Part shown: positions 18,823-26,472 of the stretch, piece by piece | How the letters are laid out: each line of letters starts with the position of its first letter | Numbering within the stretch: position 1 is the first letter of the stretch | DNA from: Psychrobacter sp. DM4 | GTDB taxonomy: Bacteria > Pseudomonadota > Gammaproteobacteria > Pseudomonadales > Moraxellaceae | Direction: 5' to 3' | Assembly: GCF_051307035.1 (NCBI RefSeq) | Contig: NZ_CP195536.1 | Coordinates: 1,560,001 to 1,592,000 of the forward strand | DNA: 32,000 bases | The notes under the pieces: model-generated | The model's input: only the letters and a program-made list of their open reading frames with translations | Told to the model about the DNA's origin: nothing | Database searches by the model: none | Made by a program: the position numbers and the translations under genes

Positions 18823-18842
18823 CGAATGTTCAACACGCCCTA
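18823..18842. repeat. Right arm of a perfect 20-bp inverted repeat
   Basis: gaatgttcaacacgccctaa is the exact reverse complement of 18575-18594. A further symmetric 6-bp match (gcactg 18602-18607 with cagtgc 18810-18815) follows after 7 unmatched nt on each side. Confidence 0.95.
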
Positions 18843-19015
18843 AACTTTGCGACCTCGTTTGTGCCACAGTGTAGCAAAAAATCGCAGGTAACAATATATA
18901 AATCATAACGCTAAAGGTGCGTTTGATAGCCGCACCTAGACATAGCAGAATGGTTACGTATAAAAGCTGAATAATGATTAGTAGAATAAGACATCGTAAA
19001 ATTTGAGGATAAAGC

Positions 19016-19771
19016 ATGGCAGGTCATTCGAAATGGGCAAACATTAAACACCGTAAAGCTCGTCAAGATGCGGTAAGAGGCAAGGTTTTTACCAAAGTCA
19101 TTCGTGAGATCGTCTCAGCCGCCAAACAAGGCGACCCTGATCCCGATAAAAATCCACGTTTGCGTGCGGCTATTGAAAAGGGCCTCTCTGTCAATATGAC
19201 GCGCGATACGATTAATCGCGCGGTAGATCGCGGAACTGGCGGCGGTGACAACGAGAATATGGAGGAGGTCAACTACGAGGGCTATGGCGTAGGAGGTGTC
19301 GCTGTACTGGTCGAGACCATGACGGATAACCTTAATCGTACCGTTAGTGAAGTGCGACATGCCTTTACTAAATGCGATGGTAACTTAGGCACTACCGGCT
19401 CAGTCGCCTATCTGTTTACTAAGCGTGGCGAGATTTGCTTCAATGATGTCAGCTTGGAAGATGAGGTCATGCTAGTTGCCTTGGATGCTGGCGCTTTAGA
19501 CATTGAGAATGATGGTGAGAGCTTATTGGTTATCACTGAATGGGAGAGCTTTGGGCAAGTCAAAGATGCTCTAAATACAGCAGGGCTTGTCTCTGATAAC
19601 GCTGAGGTCACGATGTCACCGACGACTAGCGCTGATATCGATAACATCGATGATGCTCAAAAAATCATGAAAATGATCGATATGTTAGAAGATGCTGATG
19701 ACGTGCAAGAGGTCTATAGTAATGTGAATTTCTCTGCTGCGGTGATGGCGCAGCTTTCTGAGGAAGAGTGA
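19016..19771 (+). CDS. yebC: YebC/PmpR-family protein
   Basis: 251-aa ORF starting [27 protein letters not shown], the hallmark N-terminus of the YebC family. GAGGA lies 6 nt upstream of the ATG. Confidence 0.93.
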   Translation: MAGHSKWANIKHRKARQDAVRGKVFTKVIREIVSAAKQGDPDPDKNPRLRAAIEKGLSVNMTRDTINRAVDRGTGGGDNENMEEVNYEGYGVGGVAVLVETMTDNLNRTVSEVRHAFTKCDGNLGTTGSVAYLFTKRGEICFNDVSLEDEVMLVALDAGALDIENDGESLLVITEWESFGQVKDALNTAGLVSDNAEVTMSPTTSADIDNIDDAQKIMKMIDMLEDADDVQEVYSNVNFSAAVMAQLSEEE

Positions 19772-19803
19772 TTGTTCTAATCGTTAAATTTACTGAAGTT
19801 GTA

Positions 19804-19833
19804 CCAAATACTATTATAGTGTTTGGCTTTTTC
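19804..19833 (+). terminator. Intrinsic terminator after yebC
   Basis: A 10-bp stem, ccaaatacta (19804-19813) pairing with tagtgtttgg (19817-19826), has one G-U pair and loop tta. It is followed by c-ttttt-ctc. Confidence 0.65.
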
Positions 19834-19855
19834 TCATAAAGAAATACCGTATTAA

Positions 19856-20449
19856 TCAAGGCTTACATTTCACCCCTTCGAGCGCTAGTAAGTACTCTTT
19901 TTTATCCAGACCACCTGTATATCCGCCAAGCTTACCATCACTTGCAATCACACGGTGGCAAGGAATGATAAGACTAAAAGGGTTTTTGCTATTAGCATTA
20001 GCCACTGCACGGAACGCTTTAGGGTTACCAATACGAGTCGCTAACGTTGCATAGCTTATCGTTTCACCGTGTCTGATGTCTTGAAGCGCTTGCCATACTT
20101 GTTGTTGAAATGGGGTACCCAAGGATAAATCTAACGGCAAATCAAAGTCTTTTCTCTCTTCTTGTGCGTACTCATCGACTTGAATGATAGCGTCTAATAA
20201 TAAAGCTTGGGTAGGATCTTCTCTACTTAAGCTATTTTTTTCAATGAATTTAAAATCAGCATCAGTCAACTCATAATGTTTTTTGAGCTTGTTAAATGAT
20301 TTTGAGTCCGTCCACCACTGATCTTTTGACAGCCAACTCATCTCGGCAAGTTTTGGCTCATCTTGCTCAGTTGCGCGACTATTACCCTCATTCACCATTA
20401 GAACCAAAATGTAGGTTTGCAAATTCGTCATCGTCACTATCATCGTCAT
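19856..20449 (-). CDS. ogt: Methylated-DNA--protein-cysteine methyltransferase
   Basis: Active-site IIPCHRVI, followed by GKLGGYTGG and preceded by FQQQVWQAL..I..GETISY. The start codon is uncertain because several in-frame Met codons exist. It lies 42 bp downstream of ftsY on the same strand. Confidence 0.88.
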   Translation of the reverse strand: MTMIVTMTNLQTYILVLMVNEGNSRATEQDEPKLAEMSWLSKDQWWTDSKSFNKLKKHYELTDADFKFIEKNSLSREDPTQALLLDAIIQVDEYAQEERKDFDLPLDLSLGTPFQQQVWQALQDIRHGETISYATLATRIGNPKAFRAVANANSKNPFSLIIPCHRVIASDGKLGGYTGGLDKKEYLLALEGVKCKP

Positions 20450-20491
20450 TCCTCAACTTTGAGCACCACTGTCAAATACTAAGAATCAGCT

Positions 20492-21889
20492 CTACTCTTT
20501 ATCATCAGTCTCAAATAAAGCGGCCACGAACTGCTTGGGACTAAAGGCGCGTAGATCATCAATAGACTCGCCAACACCAATATAGCGAATCGGCACATCA
20601 GAGGTCTCTGCGATATTGAACACCACACCGCCCTTGGCAGTACCATCTAGTTTGGTAATAGTAATTCCCGTTAACGGTACTACTTTGTTAAATAGCTCAA
20701 CTTGATTGATGGCGTTTTGTCCTGTTCCAGCATCAAGCACGATCATGCCTTCATGCGGTGCGGTCTCGTCAGCTTTACGCATAACGCGCACCACCTTTTC
20801 AAGCTCGCTCATCAGATGAGTTTTATTTTGCAAGCGACCAGCGGTGTCTGCTATCAGCACATCAATATTTTTGGCTTTGGCAGATTGCATCGCATCAAAG
20901 ATAACCGAGGCGCTATCAGAGCCATGACCTTGCGCGATAACTGGAATCTCATTACGCTCGCCCCAAATCTGTAGCTGCTCTGTTGCGGCGGCGCGGAATG
21001 TATCGCCTGCGGCTAGCATGACTGATTTGCCCTCGCCTTGTAAGCGCTTAGCAAGCTTGCCGATAGTTGTCGTTTTGCCCACACCGTTAACCCCGACTAC
21101 TAAAATAACAAAAGGCTTTTTGCTGCTATCTATGATAAGTGGCGCCACCTTTGGGGTCAAAATGTCGACCAGTTCAGTCTGCAACGCTTTATATAGCGAA
21201 TGAGCATAAATGAGATCACCACGCGCGGTCTGCTCAGTTAGGCTCTTAATGATACGATTGGTAGCGTTGACACCAATATCAGCGACCAATAACTGATCTT
21301 CGACCTCCTCTAACAGCTCGTCATCGATCTCTTTACCACCGATCAAGATACTGACCATCCCTTCAGCGAGGTTTTTGCGCGACTTACTCAGTCCCGACTT
21401 CATCCGATTGAACCAGCTGCCCTTTTGACGTCCCTGCGGTTCTTGATTGTCAGATGCAGGTGTCGCTGTTGGTAATTCTACAGCTTGACGCTGTTGATCT
21501 GCTACAGGGGGTTGTTTGGTTGCCTCAAACTCAGGCGTAGCACTGATATTTGCACCCAACTGCTCCTGTAGTGGCATGACTGGTGGGCTGACACTTTGTG
21601 AGGTGCTGCTAGAGGCACTCTTAGGAGCATCATTGATCTCAGGCGTTATCAGCGGTGCGCCTAATACGACGCTCTCGTCTGGACTAATAGCAGACAGCCC
21701 TGAATCTACCGTATGCTCTTTGTCAAGCGTATCAGGTTGACTGGTAGTCGATGCCTCTGTCTTGGGCTCATCTATGATTGCTACAGATTGCGCAGGTAGA
21801 CTGGGTAAGGTAATATCATCGTCATCTAGATCATCAAGCCCGCCATCAAGATTGATAACGATGCGATTGCTATTGTTTGGATTATTCAT
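20492..21889 (-). CDS. ftsY: Signal recognition particle receptor FtsY
   Basis: 465-aa ORF with an acidic, low-complexity N-terminal A domain and an NG domain carrying GVNGVGKTTT (G1), DTAGR (G3) and TKLDGTAKGG (G4). Confidence 0.96.
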   Translation of the reverse strand: MNNPNNSNRIVINLDGGLDDLDDDDITLPSLPAQSVAIIDEPKTEASTTSQPDTLDKEHTVDSGLSAISPDESVVLGAPLITPEINDAPKSASSSTSQSVSPPVMPLQEQLGANISATPEFEATKQPPVADQQRQAVELPTATPASDNQEPQGRQKGSWFNRMKSGLSKSRKNLAEGMVSILIGGKEIDDELLEEVEDQLLVADIGVNATNRIIKSLTEQTARGDLIYAHSLYKALQTELVDILTPKVAPLIIDSSKKPFVILVVGVNGVGKTTTIGKLAKRLQGEGKSVMLAAGDTFRAAATEQLQIWGERNEIPVIAQGHGSDSASVIFDAMQSAKAKNIDVLIADTAGRLQNKTHLMSELEKVVRVMRKADETAPHEGMIVLDAGTGQNAINQVELFNKVVPLTGITITKLDGTAKGGVVFNIAETSDVPIRYIGVGESIDDLRAFSPKQFVAALFETDDKE

Positions 21890-22150
21890 ATATCTGCCCT
21901 AAAAGTATCAATGTTATTTGTATTTTATTATAAAGTGATGGTTATTTGGCCTAAGTTATATCATGAAATGCTCGCTTATAGTTTAGCATGATTCAAGATA
22001 AGCGCTGCGGTGACTCCGCGTTATTCAGTAGTTGATTTAAGTTATTAGATAGCTTGGCTTAAGGTTTGGACACAAAATTGACACCTCTATTAAGTAGCAT
22101 CTCGCTTACTCTTATCTAGACATTGCTGATATATTAAAGAGGTTATACTT

Positions 22151-22297
22151 ATGCGATCAACGACTACTTCCAAAACTACCGGCTTGACACTGACGCTCAT
22201 AATTGCTGCTATAGCTCTGACTGCTACAGGCTGTAGTACTACTCACGAGTTCAAACCAACGGCTAGCGTGATGGTTGGCGCTCACAAATCGCTATAA
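22151..22297 (+). CDS. Small putative lipoprotein A (48 aa; 21-aa predicted mature lipopeptide)
   Basis: Not in the ORF track because it is under 60 aa. AAGAGG at 22137-22142 lies 8 nt upstream of ATG 22151. Translation: MRSTTTSKTTGLTLTLIIAAIALTATG-CSTTHEFKPTASVMVGAHKSL, ending at stop TAA 22295-22297. It has a basic n-region, a hydrophobic core and an A-T-G-C lipobox-like site, and it is paralogous to the next ORF. Confidence 0.55.
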   Translation: MRSTTTSKTTGLTLTLIIAAIALTATGCSTTHEFKPTASVMVGAHKSL

Positions 22298-22424
22298 ACG
22301 ATGTTTTTAATTGCTCGCTAAACGTATATCTATTCAGCGGTTGCTCATTTAACAGTCAATTGCTATCTTATAAATGGATGTCAACATGCTCTCACTAGTA
22401 CTCTCACAACAAAAGACCTTAATC

Positions 22425-22577
22425 ATGCGCTCCTATCAGACAAACCACAGCAAAATCAACAATGCTATGTTTATACTGATGATGGGTATTTTTTCATTTT
22501 CCGCAATGGGATGTAGTGCGCTAAACGCCCTAGAACCTACTGCTGTTTTGATCTCAGATATCAAAAACTCTATATAA
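22425..22577 (+). CDS. Small putative lipoprotein B (50 aa; 21-aa predicted mature lipopeptide)
   Basis: Internal ATG of track ORF 22374-22577. Translation: MRSYQTNHSKINNAMFILMMGIFSFSAMG-CSALNALEPTAVLISDIKNSI. It shares the architecture and conserved positions of lipoprotein A. The RBS is weak, and the starts at 22374 or 22386 cannot be excluded. Confidence 0.5.
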   Translation: MRSYQTNHSKINNAMFILMMGIFSFSAMGCSALNALEPTAVLISDIKNSI

Positions 22578-22640
22578 TTATAAGTACAATTGTCCCTTTA
22601 TTTTACATTTAAAGCTTATCAGTCATCATAAGAGAGTCAC

Positions 22641-24101
22641 ATGTCATCATCGTTCATATTGCGTCTTGCCTGTGCGCTTGCGCTTAGTACTACCCTTGGC
22701 GCTTGTCAAACCATAGTGCCCAATAGCAGCTCACCTAAAGTCACCAATACTGACAATATGATCAAAACGATGCAAGATGCGGATACAAATGCGGATATGT
22801 CGGGTCGTCATGAGTATCAGCTAGATAATGGTCTAAAGGTTATCATTAAAGAAGACCACCGCGCCCCAGTTGCTATGACGCAAATCTGGTATCGCGTGGG
22901 CTCAGCTGATGAGCCTATCAATAAAGGCGGTATCTCCCATCTACTCGAGCACATGATGTTCAAGGGTACCTCAACCGTGTCAAGTGATGATTATGAGCGC
23001 TTGATCGCCAAATTCGGTGGTGTCAACAATGCCTTTACCAGTTACGACTATACGGGCTACTACGAGCTATTTCCAGCCAACCGCTTGGGGTTGGCATTAG
23101 AGCTTGAAGCGGATCGAATGACTAACTTAATTTTTGATGAAAATCAATTTGAAAAGGAGCGTCAAGTGGTCATGGAGGAACGTCGTCAGCGCACAGATGA
23201 CAATCCTCTAGCAAAGGCTTATGAGTCTTATCGCTTGCTTGCAATGCCTAATAGCCCCAAAGGCGAGTCCATTATCGGCCCTATGAGCGAGCTTGAATCG
23301 ATTGAATTATCAGAGTTAAAAGACTGGTACCGTACTTGGTATACCCCCAACAATGCCACTTTGGTCATCGTCGGCGACGTCAAGCCCGATGAGGTTATGA
23401 GTCAAGTTAAACGCTACTTTGAGGATTTAAAGTCAAGCAAGCTGCCCAAACGAGCTTCGGTCACTCAAACAGGATTTCGCGGTTATCAGCAAGTCGATTC
23501 GGTACAAGCCGTACAAGTTCCCGTGTTACTTATGGGCTACAACGTACCAAGTCTACTCACCGCACAGCCTGATGAAAAGCAAGCTTACGGGCTATCATTA
23601 GCACAATACGTGTTGGATGGCGGCCTATCCTCTAGGCTTGAGAGCCGCCTGATACGTGAGCAAGGATTGCTGACGACTGTCGGTACCTCTTATAACTTAC
23701 TTGATCGCGGTGATGGTCTGTTCTTAATTCAAGCCACGCCGCGTGAAGGCGTGAGCTTAGCACAGGCGCAGCAAGCTATCATGGCTGAAATTGACAAGTT
23801 ATCTACCGATCCGATTGCCGCTGATGAGATTAGCCGCGCTAAGACCAATACGGTGACCTCATTAGTCTACGCTCAAGACAGTATGCAAGGTCAGGCGCAA
23901 ATGATAGGCTCGCTACAGTCTATCGGACTCGATGATAGATTGCTGTCTGGCCTGCCAAGCAAACTTGATGAGCTAAGCGTTGCCGATATTCAACAGGTCA
24001 GCAAAAAGTATCTCGTTAAGGATAACCTAACCGTGATGTATGTCGTGCCGCCTGATAATGATACGACTGATAGCGCTGACCAAAAGCCATCGGCTGAATA
24101 A
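22641..24101 (+). CDS. M16-family zinc peptidase, catalytically competent subunit, probable lipoprotein
   Basis: 486-aa ORF with the inverted zinc motif HLLEH at 22938-22952 (H-x-x-E-H) and a downstream EERR-type region (MEERRQR). The N-terminus ALALSTTLGAC ends in an L-G-A-C lipobox. Confidence 0.88.
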   Translation: MSSSFILRLACALALSTTLGACQTIVPNSSSPKVTNTDNMIKTMQDADTNADMSGRHEYQLDNGLKVIIKEDHRAPVAMTQIWYRVGSADEPINKGGISHLLEHMMFKGTSTVSSDDYERLIAKFGGVNNAFTSYDYTGYYELFPANRLGLALELEADRMTNLIFDENQFEKERQVVMEERRQRTDDNPLAKAYESYRLLAMPNSPKGESIIGPMSELESIELSELKDWYRTWYTPNNATLVIVGDVKPDEVMSQVKRYFEDLKSSKLPKRASVTQTGFRGYQQVDSVQAVQVPVLLMGYNVPSLLTAQPDEKQAYGLSLAQYVLDGGLSSRLESRLIREQGLLTTVGTSYNLLDRGDGLFLIQATPREGVSLAQAQQAIMAEIDKLSTDPIAADEISRAKTNTVTSLVYAQDSMQGQAQMIGSLQSIGLDDRLLSGLPSKLDELSVADIQQVSKKYLVKDNLTVMYVVPPDNDTTDSADQKPSAE

Positions 24102-24213
24102 AGCGTGTTATCACAGTATAAGATAAGAAATAGAGTATGGTTTATTTGCTCCTTTGATAAGCATAAGCTCAAAAACAACGCTTTAAAAAGACAATCAGAC
24201 TAAGAAGAAAAAT

Positions 24214-25677
24214 ATGATTCAAAACCTATTATCCAAGCGTACTGGTTATCTCAGCCTATTGCTTGCACTGAGCACACTGAGCACTGTCCATGCCGAGGAC
24301 TACCGAGCGCCTACTGTCATCGATCCTAATGCGCCGATTGCTGCCTTATCGACGTTGACCAGTCTAGATGATATGACACCCTTACAAATCACTGTGCCTG
24401 ATATCGAGCAGTTCACCACCGTGTCAGGTGTGCGCGTCTCTTTTGTGCGTACTACTGCCCTTCCCATCGTCGATATAGATTTGCGCTTTAACGCCGGTAG
24501 CGCTCGTGATGAGGCGATACGTGCTGATGGCTTTGGTATTGCCAATATGACGGCAACTATGCTGACACAAGGCACTAGCCGCTTAGATGAGGATGCCTTT
24601 AATCGCGCCTCAGAGACTTTAGGAGTCAATCTAAGTAGTAGTGCTTATAAAGACATGTTTATTATCTCATTGCGTAGCTTATCTGATGATGAGCACTTAC
24701 TGCCAGCGATTGAGCTGATGACTCAAATGCTCAATGATGCCAGCTTTGATGAGCAGATATTGGCACGCAACAAAGCAAGGCTTTTGGTAGGGTTGCAGCA
24801 GCAAAAACAGGATCCGAGTAGTCTTGCCAGCCTAGCCTTTAACGAGGCACTATATGGCGCGCATCCTTATGCTCATCCCTCCTCTGGTACATTAAAGAGT
24901 GTACCTAGTATCAGTAGAGCAGATTTATTGGCTTTTAAGAATCGATATTTAGTAACTGCTAATGCATCGCTTGCCATGACGGGTGATTTAACCTTGTCAG
25001 AGGCCAAAGCGCTGGCAGAGAATATTACCGTTGATCTACCAAAAGGACAGACCGCGGCGATGCTACCTGAGCCAAAACCATTAAGCAAAGCGCAGCATAT
25101 CCACATACCCTTCCCCAGTAGCCAAACGACCGTACTAATAGGTCAATTAGGTAACAAGCGCGCCACCGATCCTATCGCGCAGCAGCAGCAAACAAACTTT
25201 GCTATTGGAAACGAGGTATTGGCAGGTAGCGACTTTAATGCGCGCCTCATGACTGAAATTCGCCAAAATCTGGGCTACACTTATGGTATCTCAGGCTCAA
25301 TGAGTCCGATGCTCACCCGCGGGCCCTATCAGATTAGTTTCTCAACGCGTAACGATAAAGCACGCGCGGCCATTGATGCTAGCGTTGCGGTCATCGATGA
25401 GACATTAGATAAAGGTATTACAAGTGCTGAGATGCGCCTGACGACAGATAATCTCAAAAATAGCTTTCCTATGAGCTTTGCAAGTAATGCCAGTATCAAT
25501 GGACTGCTTGGGATGATGAATTTTTATCAGCTGCCAAACAGTTATCTGAGTGATTATGTTAGCCGTATCGAGCAAGTGACGCTACCTGCTGTCAATCAAA
25601 CGATGCGCGAGACCCTGCAACCTGATCAGTTTTTGATCGTAACTGTGGGTGAAGTCGATCCTTGGGATAACAAATAG
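24214..25677 (+). CDS. M16-family peptidase-like protein, non-catalytic partner subunit, Sec signal peptide
   Basis: 487-aa ORF with M16-like length and layout, but the position equivalent to HxxEH reads GIANMTATML and so lacks a zinc site. The signal peptide LLLALSTLSTVHA-ED is present. It lies directly downstream of the active subunit. Confidence 0.82.
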   Translation: MIQNLLSKRTGYLSLLLALSTLSTVHAEDYRAPTVIDPNAPIAALSTLTSLDDMTPLQITVPDIEQFTTVSGVRVSFVRTTALPIVDIDLRFNAGSARDEAIRADGFGIANMTATMLTQGTSRLDEDAFNRASETLGVNLSSSAYKDMFIISLRSLSDDEHLLPAIELMTQMLNDASFDEQILARNKARLLVGLQQQKQDPSSLASLAFNEALYGAHPYAHPSSGTLKSVPSISRADLLAFKNRYLVTANASLAMTGDLTLSEAKALAENITVDLPKGQTAAMLPEPKPLSKAQHIHIPFPSSQTTVLIGQLGNKRATDPIAQQQQTNFAIGNEVLAGSDFNARLMTEIRQNLGYTYGISGSMSPMLTRGPYQISFSTRNDKARAAIDASVAVIDETLDKGITSAEMRLTTDNLKNSFPMSFASNASINGLLGMMNFYQLPNSYLSDYVSRIEQVTLPAVNQTMRETLQPDQFLIVTVGEVDPWDNK

Positions 25678-25745
25678 AGTCTTGTAGTAAAAGGTAATAG
25701 TGCAAGTTAAATAACATCGCTTAAGACGATAGTAATGACAAAGAA

Positions 25746-26297
25746 TTAGTCTTTTATTACCATTGTTAAGTCATACTGGAAGCGCTCAGGCTTGTATTGA
25801 ACACCAATATAATTGAGGCGAATGACATGCTTATCATAAGAGTTAACTTGGTAGGCACCGTTAGCAAAATTGTGAACACTTGGTACCGAAAGCAAAGTTT
25901 CGATCTGATCAGTATTAATCGTGATTGCTATACTTTGTCCCACTTCTGGAAATAGATAGTACTCACAGTAGTCATAGACCATGACCTCAGCGGAGCGCAC
26001 GATAGTCTCATCATCGACGTTCTTTTGTAAAAGTTTGGGACAGATATCTGAGTGTTTAGCCGCCAAGCGGGCATGAGCGTTTCTGATATTCTCTTCGATA
26101 TTATCGGTATTTTGTTCTTCGGCTATGATGATGGGCTCTTTTGCTGCAAATGCCCCGTGCTCTGAAGGCGTATCATTCCCGCAAGCGCTCATCAAAAAAA
26201 GGAATAAAGTTGCAAGACTTAAGGTGTTGAGATGACCATGTGGATTAAAAGAATAGCGTTTATTCAGTATCGGTTTTTTTGACTTGATAAAAATCAT
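25746..26297 (-). CDS. Hypothetical lipoprotein
   Basis: 183-aa ORF containing LATLFLFLMSAC (L-M-S-A-C lipobox). I recognise no family motif in the mature part. The long n-region suggests the true start may differ. Confidence 0.55.
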   Translation of the reverse strand: MIFIKSKKPILNKRYSFNPHGHLNTLSLATLFLFLMSACGNDTPSEHGAFAAKEPIIIAEEQNTDNIEENIRNAHARLAAKHSDICPKLLQKNVDDETIVRSAEVMVYDYCEYYLFPEVGQSIAITINTDQIETLLSVPSVHNFANGAYQVNSYDKHVIRLNYIGVQYKPERFQYDLTMVIKD

Positions 26298-26472
26298 AAA
26301 TTCCTTGTACAGGGCTATTACAAATGTTGCTTTTAGTCTGAATATGACCTAAGCATGGTTATTAAGAACCGATATTATAAACCATTGTTTGCTTCTATTA
26401 AACAACCTTAACCCGCTTTTATATCATTTTATCTAGATATACGACCATTGGTCGTAATATATCCCCGATCCG

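Larger units (their letters stand above)
18575..18842. mobile_element. Candidate MITE-like non-autonomous element (268 bp) bounded by the 20-bp terminal inverted repeats
   Basis: It has terminal inverted repeats, an AT-rich interior without a credible ORF, a position in an unusually long (558 bp) divergent intergenic region, and TA dinucleotides abutting GGG.../...CCC. Copy number is unknown from this window, so mobility is an inference. Confidence 0.3.

Noticed and set aside
18739-19017. 92-aa hydrophobic minus-strand ORF in the kch/yebC gap
   Set aside because: Its start codon shares the CATG of the yebC start, and it has no RBS. It runs through the right inverted-repeat arm. Its hydrophobic, Ile/Leu-rich composition is what AT-rich non-coding DNA yields on translation. 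It is most likely spurious.
26441-26457. Palindrome tacgacc-att-ggtcgta just downstream of the M15 peptidase gene
   Set aside because: It has a 7-bp stem with a 3-nt loop and no adjacent U-tract. It could be a weak terminator or a protein-binding site, with nothing to discriminate between the two.
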